NCBI GenBank assembly: GCA_031554665.1
Contig: JAVBVA010000009.1
Span: 2,911 to 66,910 of the forward strand
Length of the DNA: 64,000 bases
From: Bacteroides sp.
GTDB taxonomy: Bacteria > Bacteroidota > Bacteroidia > Bacteroidales > Bacteroidaceae
Direction: 5' to 3'
Under the pieces are notes generated by a model, which had not been told where the DNA came from, did not search any database, and was given only the letters and a program-made list of their open reading frames with translations. Of this stretch, positions 1-9,343 are shown in pieces (the stretch's first letter is position 1; each line of letters begins with the position of its first letter). A program made the translations under genes and the position numbers.

Positions 1-2148
1 AAACAATCGCTTAACCTAAAAGACGTTGTTTCCGGCAAGTTTCGTGCCGAAACCATCTCGGGAATTATACCGATGCCCGATGGAGAGTTCTATACAAAAG
101 CCAATGCAGAAGGCACACAGATAATCAAGTACTCGTTCAAAACCGGTGAGCAAGTGGAGGTTCTGTTCGATGTAGCTACAGCCCGCGAGTGCAAGTTCAA
201 AGACTTCGACAGCTACCAATTCTCGCCCGAAGGCACTAAATTACTGATTGCCACCGAGACAACTCCAATATACAGACATTCTTATACGGCCGTACATTAT
301 ATATATCCTTTGAAGCGCAACGACAAAGGAGTAACGACAAACAACGTAATCGAACGGCTTTCAGACGGCGGGCCTCAACAGACCCCCGTCTTCTCTCCGG
401 ATGGTAACCTGATCGCTTTCGTTCGCGAGAACAATATATTCTTAGTGAAACTGCTGTACGGAAACAGCGAAAGTCAGGTAACGGAAGATGGCAAAGAGAA
501 TGCCATCATCAACGGTATTCCCGATTGGGTGTACGAAGAAGAGTTCGCCTTCGACCGCGCGCTGGAATTCAATGCCGACAACACCATGCTGGCGTTTATC
601 CGCTTCGACGAAACGGCAGTACCCTTCTACTCCATCCAGCTCTTTGCCGGTGAGTCTCCCCGCATCGCCCCGTTGGCCGACTATCCGGGAAGCTACTCTT
701 ATAAATATCCGAAAGCCGGTTATTCCAACTCAAAGGTGGAAGTCCGTACGTTCGATATCAAGTCGAAAGTAACCCGTACCGTTCAGGTACCGTTAGATAC
801 CGACGGATACATTCCACGCATCCGCTTCACAAAAGACGCCAACAAGCTGGCCATTATGACGCTGAACCGCCATCAGAATCGCCTTGACCTGTATTTTTCC
901 GATCCCCGTTCTACGGTATGCAAATTGGTATTGCGTGACGAAAGTCCCTACTACATTGAAGAAGATGCTTTCGACAATATTCAGTTCTACCCCGAGAACT
1001 TCAGCTTCATCAGTGACAAGAGTGGATACCCGCACCTTTATTGGTACAGTATGGGGGGTAACTTAGTAAAACAAGTTACTGCCGGTCAGTACGAAGTAAA
1101 AGAATTCCTGGGTTACGAAGAAGCCGAAGGCGCATTCTATTATACCACCAACGAAGAGAGTCCGCTGCGTAAAGCTGTGTACAAGCTCGACCGCAAGGGG
1201 AAAAAGACCAAACTATCGACCAAGATCGGAACCAACAACGCCTTGTTCGGCCCGACGATGAAATATTACATCAACACTTACTCCAACCTGAATACTCCTC
1301 CGGTGATTACCTTGAACGACAACACAGGTAAGGAACTGAAAGCCCTTATCACCAACGATAAGTTGAAGCAGACACTGACAGGTATCACCCTGCCTACCAA
1401 AGAGTTCTTCTCGTTCAAGACTTCCGAAGGGGTAGAACTTAACGGCTGGATGTTGAAACCAGCCGACTTCTCGGCTTCTAAGAAATACCCGGTAGTGATG
1501 TACCAATACAGCGGACCAGGCAACCAACAGGTAGTCGACTCATGGAGCTTTACATGGGAGAACTACATGGCCACCCAAGGGTTCATTGTAGCTTGTGTCG
1601 ACGGACGTGGAACCGGAGGGCGTGGAACCGAGTTCCAAAAGTGCACCTACCTCAACCTGGGAGTAAAAGAAGCCAAGGACCAAGTAGAGACCGCGAAGTT
1701 TCTGGGAAATCAATCCTATATAGATAAAAACCGAATCGGAATCTGGGGTTGGAGCTATGGCGGATACATGACTATCATGAGCATGAGCGAAGGAACCCCG
1801 GTATTCAAGGCAGGCGTAGCTGTGGCTGCACCGACCGACTTCCGCTTTTATGATACGATCTATACCGAACGCTATATGCGCACCCCGAAAGAAAATGCCG
1901 AAGGATACAAAGCCGCATCTGCTTTCACCCGCGCCGATAAGCTGCACGGCAATCTGTTATTGGTACATGGCATGGCCGATGATAACGTGCACTACCAGAA
2001 TTGTGTAGAATATGCCGAGCATCTGGTACAACTCGACAAGCAGTTCGACATGCAGATCTACACCAACCGCAATCACGGCATCTATGGCGGAAACACCCGT
2101 CAACATCTGTACACACGCCTGACTAACTTCTTTAAGAACAACCTGTAA
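1..2148 (+). CDS. Dipeptidyl peptidase IV (S9B family), 5'-truncated by the window edge
   Basis: Frame is open from base 1 (KQSLNLKDVVSGKF...). Catalytic motifs GWSYGG (Ser), DDNVH (Asp) and NHGI (His) follow a beta-propeller-like N-terminal region. The stop TAA overlaps the lipA ATG (TAATG at 2146-2150). Confidence 0.93.
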   Translation, partial: KQSLNLKDVVSGKFRAETISGIIPMPDGEFYTKANAEGTQIIKYSFKTGEQVEVLFDVATARECKFKDFDSYQFSPEGTKLLIATETTPIYRHSYTAVHYIYPLKRNDKGVTTNNVIERLSDGGPQQTPVFSPDGNLIAFVRENNIFLVKLLYGNSESQVTEDGKENAIINGIPDWVYEEEFAFDRALEFNADNTMLAFIRFDETAVPFYSIQLFAGESPRIAPLADYPGSYSYKYPKAGYSNSKVEVRTFDIKSKVTRTVQVPLDTDGYIPRIRFTKDANKLAIMTLNRHQNRLDLYFSDPRSTVCKLVLRDESPYYIEEDAFDNIQFYPENFSFISDKSGYPHLYWYSMGGNLVKQVTAGQYEVKEFLGYEEAEGAFYYTTNEESPLRKAVYKLDRKGKKTKLSTKIGTNNALFGPTMKYYINTYSNLNTPPVITLNDNTGKELKALITNDKLKQTLTGITLPTKEFFSFKTSEGVELNGWMLKPADFSASKKYPVVMYQYSGPGNQQVVDSWSFTWENYMATQGFIVACVDGRGTGGRGTEFQKCTYLNLGVKEAKDQVETAKFLGNQSYIDKNRIGIWGWSYGGYMTIMSMSEGTPVFKAGVAVAAPTDFRFYDTIYTERYMRTPKENAEGYKAASAFTRADKLHGNLLLVHGMADDNVHYQNCVEYAEHLVQLDKQFDMQIYTNRNHGIYGGNTRQHLYTRLTNFFKNNL

Positions 2149-2999
2149 TGAGCGAACGAGTGCGCAAACCCGACTGGCTAAAGATCAGCATCGGTGCTAA
2201 TGAACGATACACAGATACCAAACGTATAGTCGAGTCCCATTGCCTGCACACCATTTGCAGCAGTGGGCGTTGCCCCAATATGGGCGAATGCTGGGGCAAA
2301 GGAACTGCCACCTTTATGATTGCCGGCGAGATATGCACCCGTAGTTGCAAGTTTTGCAATACCCTCACCGGACGCCCGCTTCCATTAGATGCCGAAGAAC
2401 CCACCCGCGTAGCCCGTTCCATTGCCCTGATGAAGCTATCGCACGCTGTCATTACCTCTGTAGACCGCGACGACCTTCCCGATCTGGGCGCTGCACATTG
2501 GACGTCTACCATCGAAGCCATCCGAAACATCAACCCAGACACCAGCATCGAAGTGCTGATACCCGACTTCCAAGGGCGGCCGGAACTGATCGGCCAGGTC
2601 ATTGCCGCCCACCCGGAAATAATCTCGCACAACATGGAAACGGTGAAACGACTGACCCCCCAGGTACGTAGTGCAGCCAATTATGAAACCAGCCTGCGCG
2701 TCATCCGGCAGATAGCCGATAGTGGTATTACTGCCAAAAGCGGTATTATGGTTGGCTTGGGCGAAACTATTGCCGAAGTAGAAGAGCTGATGGACGACCT
2801 GATTGCCACAGGATGCAAGATACTCACCATCGGGCAATACCTGCAACCCTCACACAAGCACTATCCTGTAGCCGAGTATATCACCCCCGAACAGTTTGCC
2901 GCTTACAAACAGACCGGATTAGAGAAAGGATTCGAACAAGTAGAAAGCGCCCCGCTGGTACGTTCTTCCTATCATGCTGAGAAACATGTAAAGCGTTAA
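2148..2999 (+). CDS. lipA: Lipoyl synthase (radical SAM)
   Basis: CSSGRCPNMGEC auxiliary-cluster motif, CTRSCKFC radical SAM motif, C-terminal PLVRSSYHA. Confidence 0.96.
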   Translation: MSERVRKPDWLKISIGANERYTDTKRIVESHCLHTICSSGRCPNMGECWGKGTATFMIAGEICTRSCKFCNTLTGRPLPLDAEEPTRVARSIALMKLSHAVITSVDRDDLPDLGAAHWTSTIEAIRNINPDTSIEVLIPDFQGRPELIGQVIAAHPEIISHNMETVKRLTPQVRSAANYETSLRVIRQIADSGITAKSGIMVGLGETIAEVEELMDDLIATGCKILTIGQYLQPSHKHYPVAEYITPEQFAAYKQTGLEKGFEQVESAPLVRSSYHAEKHVKR

Positions 3000-3051
3000 A
3001 CAAAGCTTCTTATTTTTTGTTGTATTATTGAAACAATTCGTACAAAAGTAG

Positions 3052-4173
3052 ATGAGGCGCAAACTTACATTATCGTATGCATTCAATATGTCGCTGGGAT
3101 TCACTCCTGCCATTATTGCGATCTTGCTATGCAGCTTTCTGTCCTATAAAACAGCTATATATATAGGAGCAGGATTTGGCATTATATACTCTCTTTACAT
3201 TCTATCGCAACGAACAAACCGGGCTCCAAACCCAGTCTTGTACATATCCACGGCCATATTGGCAGCATTCTCACTCATCACCTTCATACCCGATAGCTTT
3301 ATACCCGACATCCCGGCTAATATATTGCCCATCACCATTGAGGTAAGCATCCTGGCCCTGTTATTAATTCTCTTTCTGCAACGGAACAAGTTATCCGAAT
3401 ATTTTCGTAAGAGGAAAGAACGGCTGCTTTGTCAAAGCATGGAGTCGACAATAGTATCCGTCCGGGTAGCTCTGGTTCTGGGAACAGTACATCTGGCTGT
3501 CATCATACTTGCTTTGCTATTCGGCAAACACCCCATGCAAGAGCATACCTACCAGATCATATTCTATATCATGCCCTGGACGACGTTCCTCGCTTGCATC
3601 ATATTCAATCAGATCGGTATTTCCTACTTCAATAACACGGTGCGCAAGACCATCATCCTACCAATCGTAAACAAGCGGGGCGATGTCATCGGCAGAAGCC
3701 TGGCTGCCGAAGCATTGAAGAATAAGAACAAACATATCAACCCGGTAGTCCGTGTAGCCATTGTGACCAACGGCATGCTATTTCTGTGCAAACGGGCACA
3801 GACACGTATACTCGACCGTGGAAGAATCGATGTTCCATTAGAGAGGTATCTTCGCTTTGGCGAAACACTGGAAGAGTGTGCCAACGATTTGGTACAAAGC
3901 ACTTTCCCGAAAGCCAAAGAGGTTTTAAAACCTATATTCAGCGTTTCCTATCATTTCGAAAATGCAATTACCAACAGATTGACGTACCTGTTCATTCTGG
4001 ATGTAAAAGATGATATTATCTTGTGCGACTACCGCTTTGAAGATAGCAAGCTATGGACGCTCAACCAGATCGAGCACAATCTGGGAAAAGAATTCTTCGG
4101 TTCTTGCCTGGAAGAAGAGTTCGAACATTTAAAGGTAGTTATTGATACAAGAGAAAAATACAAGGAATCTTAG
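3052..4173 (+). CDS. Membrane protein with C-terminal Nudix/IDI-like domain
   Basis: Several hydrophobic helices in the N-terminal half. The C-terminal PIVNKRGDVIG...GETLEEC segment resembles the Nudix fold with a degenerate Nudix box. Confidence 0.65.
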   Translation: MRRKLTLSYAFNMSLGFTPAIIAILLCSFLSYKTAIYIGAGFGIIYSLYILSQRTNRAPNPVLYISTAILAAFSLITFIPDSFIPDIPANILPITIEVSILALLLILFLQRNKLSEYFRKRKERLLCQSMESTIVSVRVALVLGTVHLAVIILALLFGKHPMQEHTYQIIFYIMPWTTFLACIIFNQIGISYFNNTVRKTIILPIVNKRGDVIGRSLAAEALKNKNKHINPVVRVAIVTNGMLFLCKRAQTRILDRGRIDVPLERYLRFGETLEECANDLVQSTFPKAKEVLKPIFSVSYHFENAITNRLTYLFILDVKDDIILCDYRFEDSKLWTLNQIEHNLGKEFFGSCLEEEFEHLKVVIDTREKYKES

Positions 4174-4843
4174 ACAAATCGGGCACCCTCCCTTTCCACT
4201 CTTTCACCGTTTTGGTTTTGATAAATTCGCCTTCGCAGGTTATATTGGCTGCGATGCAGAGTTTGGTTTGCGGACGGCAGTTTTGCAGTATGTCATCCAC
4301 CATCTTATTGTTGCGGTAAGGAGTCTCGATAAAGAGTTGGGTCTGGTTCTCAGCATAAATGCGTTGTTCCAACACTTTCAACCGCTTGGCCCGTTCGCCC
4401 GGTTCGATAGGGAGATATCCGTGAAAAGCAAAACTCTGTCCATTGAAGCCCGAAGCCATCACGGAAAGAATGATGGACGAAGGACCTACCAATGGAACCA
4501 CTTTCAGGTTCTTTCGTTGGGCAATTGCTACCACATCCGCACCCGGATCGGCCACTGCCGGACAACCGGCTTCGGAAATCACTCCCATAGATGCTCCATC
4601 AATCAACGGTTTCAGATAACCGGCAATCTCTTCGGGCGATGTATGTTTATTCAAGGGGTAGAATGTCAATGCATCAATATCGATTTCTTTATCTACTTTT
4701 TTCAGAAAACGGCGTGCCGAACGCACATCCTCCACAATAAAGTGACGGATGCCGAGAACGACTTCCTTATTATAAGGAGGCAACACTGATTCAAGGGTCG
4801 TATCGCCCAGGGTGACGGGCAAAAGATAAAGAGCTGTTTCCAT
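4139..4843 (-). CDS. SAM-dependent methyltransferase, tetrapyrrole methylase (RsmI-like) family
   Basis: SEAGCPAVADPG, PLVGPSS, FHGYLP and FIETPYRN motifs. Confidence 0.88.
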   Translation of the reverse strand: METALYLLPVTLGDTTLESVLPPYNKEVVLGIRHFIVEDVRSARRFLKKVDKEIDIDALTFYPLNKHTSPEEIAGYLKPLIDGASMGVISEAGCPAVADPGADVVAIAQRKNLKVVPLVGPSSIILSVMASGFNGQSFAFHGYLPIEPGERAKRLKVLEQRIYAENQTQLFIETPYRNNKMVDDILQNCRPQTKLCIAANITCEGEFIKTKTVKEWKGRVPDLSKIPCIFLLYQ

Positions 4844-4854
4844 GCTAAATAGTT

Positions 4855-4958
4855 TTCACCACAGAGTCACACAGAGTTTCACAGAGTATTTCAATTTTTT
4901 AAAGAATTTATTTCTCTCAATAAATACTCTGTGAAACTCTGTGTGACTCTGTGGTGAA
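4855..4958. repeat. CACAGAG-periodic palindromic element, copy 1 (REP-like)
   Basis: ttcaccacagagtcacacagagtttcacagagtatt (4855-4890) is the exact reverse complement of 4923-4958, with an AT-rich spacer. It lies 5 nt from the fabI stop. Confidence 0.92.
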
Positions 4959-4963
4959 TAAAA

Positions 4964-5821
4964 TTATCCGTAAATGATCTTTCCGTTCTCGTCCATATAG
5001 TCGTCCAGACCACGCTCGTAAGTAGCCATAGCACGAAGACTCATACCCACGCTGGAGAAACCTCCATCGTGATACAAGTTCTGCATAGTCACCTTACGGG
5101 TCAGATCGGAGAACATCACGATACAATAATCGGCACACTCATCGGCTGAGGCATTGCCCAGCGGCGACATACGGTTGGCAAAGTCGAACAATTTGTCCAT
5201 ACCCTTTACGCCCGCTCCGGCAGTAGTCATCGTAGGCGATTGCGAGATGGTATTCACACGTACGTTCGATTCGCGTCCGTAGATGTAACCGAAGCTGCGG
5301 GCAATTGATTCGAGCAATGCTTTGGCGTCGGCCATATCGTTGTATCCGTAGAATGTACGTTGCGCAGCCACATAACTCAATGCAATAACCGAGCCGTAGT
5401 CGGCAATGGCGTTCATCTTCTTGGCTACCTGAATCATTTTGTGGAACGAAACCGAAGAAATATCCAGTGTCTTCTCCAACATATCATAATCCAGATCATC
5501 GTATGTACGTTTCTTGCGCACGTTGGGCGACATGCCAATGGAGTGAAGAACAAAATCAATTTGTCCGCCCAATATTTCCATGGAGCTTTTGAATACATTC
5601 TCCAGATCTTCTACGCTGGTAGCATCGGCAGGGATCACCTGGCAATTCAGTTTTTGCGCCAGCGCATCCACTTCGCCCATGCGAACTGCAATCGGGGTAT
5701 TCGACAATGTAATAGTTGCACCTTCTTCTACTGCCTTCTCAGCCACCTTCCAAGCGATGGACTGTTCGTTCAGGGCACCGAAGATGACCCCTCTTTTTCC
5801 TTTCAATAAATTGTAACTCAT
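4964..5821 (-). CDS. fabI: Enoyl-ACP reductase (NADH)
   Basis: GKRGVIFGALNEQSIAW N-terminus, LHSIGMS, YNDMADAKALLE catalytic Y/K motif. Confidence 0.95.
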   Translation of the reverse strand: MSYNLLKGKRGVIFGALNEQSIAWKVAEKAVEEGATITLSNTPIAVRMGEVDALAQKLNCQVIPADATSVEDLENVFKSSMEILGGQIDFVLHSIGMSPNVRKKRTYDDLDYDMLEKTLDISSVSFHKMIQVAKKMNAIADYGSVIALSYVAAQRTFYGYNDMADAKALLESIARSFGYIYGRESNVRVNTISQSPTMTTAGAGVKGMDKLFDFANRMSPLGNASADECADYCIVMFSDLTRKVTMQNLYHDGGFSSVGMSLRAMATYERGLDDYMDENGKIIYG

Positions 5822-5846
5822 ACCTATCTATAGTTAAATTAGGCTG

Positions 5847-5854
5847 CAAAGATA
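5847..5854 (-). promoter_or_regulatory. Bacteroidetes -7 promoter element for fabI
   Basis: caaagata on + reads TATCTTTG on -, 26 nt upstream of the ATG. Confidence 0.7.
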
Positions 5855-5960
5855 GGAAGTTTTTGCACACAAAACCGAAAAGTGAGCGACGAAAAGGATA
5901 ATTCAACAAAAAATACACCTAAACCAACAATTACTACACATCAGGCTTGTCATTCCCATC

Positions 5961-5968
5961 TATATTTG
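5961..5968 (+). promoter_or_regulatory. -7 promoter element for GH28
   Basis: TATATTTG matches TAnnTTTG. Confidence 0.65.
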
Positions 5969-6151
5969 CACTTGATAATTAAGAGGTTTTTTCATAATAT
6001 TTATTTAAGGTTAGAATTAGGTTAACATGAATCATTATTATTCCGTGGCAAGCTGCTCGGGAGAGTCGTTTGCCAAGGATAATAATAAACCGCTTAGTTA
6101 CACCTTTATTATATATAGACAATAAGTTAAACACTATACAATCATTTCCAG

Positions 6152-7765
6152 ATGAACACATTTACCAAAAAACTTCTTTTGATCTCAATGGCATGCTTAC
6201 CGCTGCTGCAGGGAGCCAATAAGATGTATGCTCAAAACGGAAGCGCCATAGATGCCGGCATCTACAACAACCTTCCATTCGATATGCCGAAAGTAGAACA
6301 ACCCTCCTTCCCGAAATACGAGGTGAGTATTGTCAAGTTTGGCGCCAAAGGCGACGGGGTAACCCTGAACACCAAGGCTATCAACGATGCCATCAAGGCG
6401 GTGAACGCCAAAGGAGGCGGTAAAGTTATTATACCTGAAGGACTGTGGCTCACTGGCCCTATCGTCCTGCTGAGCAATGTAAACCTGCATACAGAACGCA
6501 ATGCATTGATTCTTTTTTCTGATGATTTCAGCCAATATCCCATTATAGAAACTTCGTTCGAAGGACTGGAAACCCGCCGTTGCCAATCGCCCATCTCTGC
6601 TCGTGGTGCCGACAATATTGCGATCACCGGTTATGGTACCTTCGATGGTTCAGGCGATTCCTGGCGGCCGGTAAAGAAAGAAAAACTGACTGCGGGCCAA
6701 TGGAGCAACCTGTTGAAATCGGGTGGTGTAACCGACGCTGCGGGTAAGATATGGTATCCCACGGCAGGTGCCCTGAAAGGCGCTATGGCCACCAAGAACT
6801 TCAATGTGCCCGAAGGTATCGAAACCGAAGCCGATTGGAACGAGATCCGTCCGTGGTTACGTCCGGTACTGCTCAGTTTCATCAAGTGTAAGAAGGTGTT
6901 GCTCGAAGGCGCTACTTTCAAAAACTCACCGGGCTGGTGCCTGCACCCGCTGTCATGCGAACATATCACCGTGAACAACGTTACCGTGATCAACCCCTGG
7001 TACTCGCAGAATGGCGACGCCCTTGATATGGAGTCATGCAAGAATGCACTGATCATCAATTCTACGTTCGATGCCGGTGACGATGCAATCTGCCTCAAAT
7101 CGGGTAAAGACGAAGACGGCCGCCGCCGGGGCGAACCTTGCCAGAATGTGATCATAAAGAACAACACCGTACTGCACGGACACGGAGGTTTCGTGGTAGG
7201 TAGCGAAATGTCGGGTGGTGTGAAAAACATCTACGTAGCCGATTGTACCTTTATGGGAACCGATGTTGGACTTCGTTTCAAGAGTACCCGCGGACGTGGC
7301 GGTGTAGTAGAAGGTATCTACATCGACAACATTCACATGATCAATATTCCGAACGAACCGTTATTGTTCGACCTCTTCTACGGTGGTAAAGGACCGGGTG
7401 AGGAAACCGAAGAAGAACGTGCCGCCAACACAAAAACAGACCTTCCACCGGTAACGGAAGAAACTCCGGCGTTCCGCGATATCCATATCTCCAACATCAC
7501 CTGTAAAGGTTCCGGACGAGCTATGTTCTTCAACGGACTTCCCGAAATGCCGGTTAAGAATGTAACCGTGAAGAATGTGGTGATCACCGACGCACAAGAA
7601 GGAATCGTGATAAGTCAGGCCGATGGCGTGAAATTAGAAAAAATTCAGATTGCTACGGTCAACGAAAGTAGTCCGCTCCAGATGCGCCACTCCAAAAATA
7701 TCATCGTAGACGGCAAAGAGTATAAAGAAATTGACGCAAGTGGGTTGAGTTTGAACTTCAAATAA
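6152..7765 (+). CDS. GH28 polygalacturonase family, signal peptide
   Basis: NGDALD, GDDAICLKSG, GHGGFVVGSE and GLRFKS motifs; N-terminal FGAKGDG. Confidence 0.93.
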   Translation: MNTFTKKLLLISMACLPLLQGANKMYAQNGSAIDAGIYNNLPFDMPKVEQPSFPKYEVSIVKFGAKGDGVTLNTKAINDAIKAVNAKGGGKVIIPEGLWLTGPIVLLSNVNLHTERNALILFSDDFSQYPIIETSFEGLETRRCQSPISARGADNIAITGYGTFDGSGDSWRPVKKEKLTAGQWSNLLKSGGVTDAAGKIWYPTAGALKGAMATKNFNVPEGIETEADWNEIRPWLRPVLLSFIKCKKVLLEGATFKNSPGWCLHPLSCEHITVNNVTVINPWYSQNGDALDMESCKNALIINSTFDAGDDAICLKSGKDEDGRRRGEPCQNVIIKNNTVLHGHGGFVVGSEMSGGVKNIYVADCTFMGTDVGLRFKSTRGRGGVVEGIYIDNIHMINIPNEPLLFDLFYGGKGPGEETEEERAANTKTDLPPVTEETPAFRDIHISNITCKGSGRAMFFNGLPEMPVKNVTVKNVVITDAQEGIVISQADGVKLEKIQIATVNESSPLQMRHSKNIIVDGKEYKEIDASGLSLNFK

Positions 7766-7793
7766 CACACACCGCAAGCACTAAATACAGCAC

Positions 7794-7842
7794 AAAGCAG
7801 ACAGTCTTTCAATCAAAAGGGTTAAGACTGTCTGCTTTTTTT
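7794..7842 (+). terminator. Intrinsic terminator after GH28
   Basis: aaagcagacagtctt / aagactgtctgcttt 15-bp stem followed by a T-tract. Confidence 0.85.
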
Positions 7843-7905
7843 CTTGTATATTTGCCGAAGCTCGAAGAGCGCTCCATCCGTACTTAATTTTATACGCATA
7901 CAATC

Positions 7906-9132
7906 ATGAAAAGACAACTTCTTATCTCCCTACTCCTACTTGGCGGATGCCAGGCAGTACTCTGGGGGCAACAAACGCTTACCGTTCAGGTGAATAACCG
8001 CTGGGGCCAGGCTAAAACAGACGAACCTGTAGTGATCGACCTCACCAAACTACAGGCAGGTTTTCAAGTAAAATCGGCTGTTGTCATGGAAGGTGCCACC
8101 GAGATCCCTTCCCAACTCGACGACCTGAATGGCGACCGCAAAGCCGACGAACTGGCTTTCCTCACCAACCTCCCAGCCAACGGGACGAAGACTTTCACCG
8201 TAACGCTCTCGCCCGAAAAGAGCGACAAGAAATACACGCCCCGCGTATATGCCGAGATGCTTGTGAGCGACAAGAAAGGCAAACACGTTCCGGTTATCTC
8301 GGTAACCATCCCCGGCACCAGCAATATATACAATCAGATGCACCACCACGGACCGGCATTCGAATCGGAACTGGTAGCTTACCGCCTCTATTTCGACCAG
8401 AAACAAACAGTCGATATTTACGGAAAGTTCAACAAGGGATTTGAGATTGAGGAATCACAGTTCTATCCTACCGACGAGCAATTGGCACGCGGTTTTGGCG
8501 ATGACGTACTGCTTGTAGGAGGCAGCTGCGGCGTAGGCGCTCTCAAAGGTTGGGACGGCACGAAAGCCACCCACATCACCCCGGTAAGCACCCTTACCGA
8601 ACGTATTATCGCTTACGGTCCGGTACGTACCATCTCGGAAATTGCTGTAGCCGACTGGGAATACCAAGGCAAAACATTGAACATGACTACCCGTTATACG
8701 CTTTACGGCGGACACCGTGACTTACTGATCGAAGCCATGTTCGAAGAACCGCTGGGCGACGAGGTATTCAGCACCGGCGTAATAGATATTATCGGTTCTG
8801 TTTCTTCATCCGACCACCAGGGTCTGATCGGTTGCTGGGGTACTCACTGGCCGGTGAACGATACCATCAAATATGCCAAGGAAACCGTAGGACTTGCCAC
8901 TTGCATCCCGCAGAAATATGTAAAGAAAGAAGTGAAAGACAAGGTGAACTACCTCTACACCGTCGGAGCCAAAGGACAGAAATACTTCAACTACCACACC
9001 ATGTTCACCTCCATGAAAGAAACCTTCGGCTACAAAACGCCCGAAGCCTGGTTTGCCTACATGCGTGAGTGGAAAGAATCACTCGAACATCCGGCAGAGG
9101 TAAAGGTTACCATATCCAAGAAAGGAAAGTGA
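7906..9132 (+). CDS. DUF4861-like secreted protein typical of pectin loci
   Basis: Signal peptide; IPSQLDDLNGDRKADELAF, HHGPAFESELVAYRLYFD and DIYGK motifs recalled for this family. Confidence 0.75.
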   Translation: MKRQLLISLLLLGGCQAVLWGQQTLTVQVNNRWGQAKTDEPVVIDLTKLQAGFQVKSAVVMEGATEIPSQLDDLNGDRKADELAFLTNLPANGTKTFTVTLSPEKSDKKYTPRVYAEMLVSDKKGKHVPVISVTIPGTSNIYNQMHHHGPAFESELVAYRLYFDQKQTVDIYGKFNKGFEIEESQFYPTDEQLARGFGDDVLLVGGSCGVGALKGWDGTKATHITPVSTLTERIIAYGPVRTISEIAVADWEYQGKTLNMTTRYTLYGGHRDLLIEAMFEEPLGDEVFSTGVIDIIGSVSSSDHQGLIGCWGTHWPVNDTIKYAKETVGLATCIPQKYVKKEVKDKVNYLYTVGAKGQKYFNYHTMFTSMKETFGYKTPEAWFAYMREWKESLEHPAEVKVTISKKGK

Positions 9133-9138
9133 TTTCTA

Positions 9139-9244
9139 TTCACCACAGAGTCACACAGAGTTCCACAGAGTTTTTATTTAGGAAGAAAGTTTATTGAAAC
9201 CAAAAATAAAAACTCTGTGGAACTCTGTGTGACTCTGTGGTGAA
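9139..9244. repeat. CACAGAG-periodic palindromic element, copy 2
   Basis: Perfect 41-bp inverted arms 9139-9179 and 9204-9244, starting 6 nt after the upstream stop. Confidence 0.92.
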
Positions 9245-9343
9245 CAATAAATCACAATTAATGAACATCTCTGCCCAATTATTCCCCTTCGCAGACTAAC
9301 TTTTTTCCTATTTTTGCCGCATCAAAACAATTTCAATACTATC

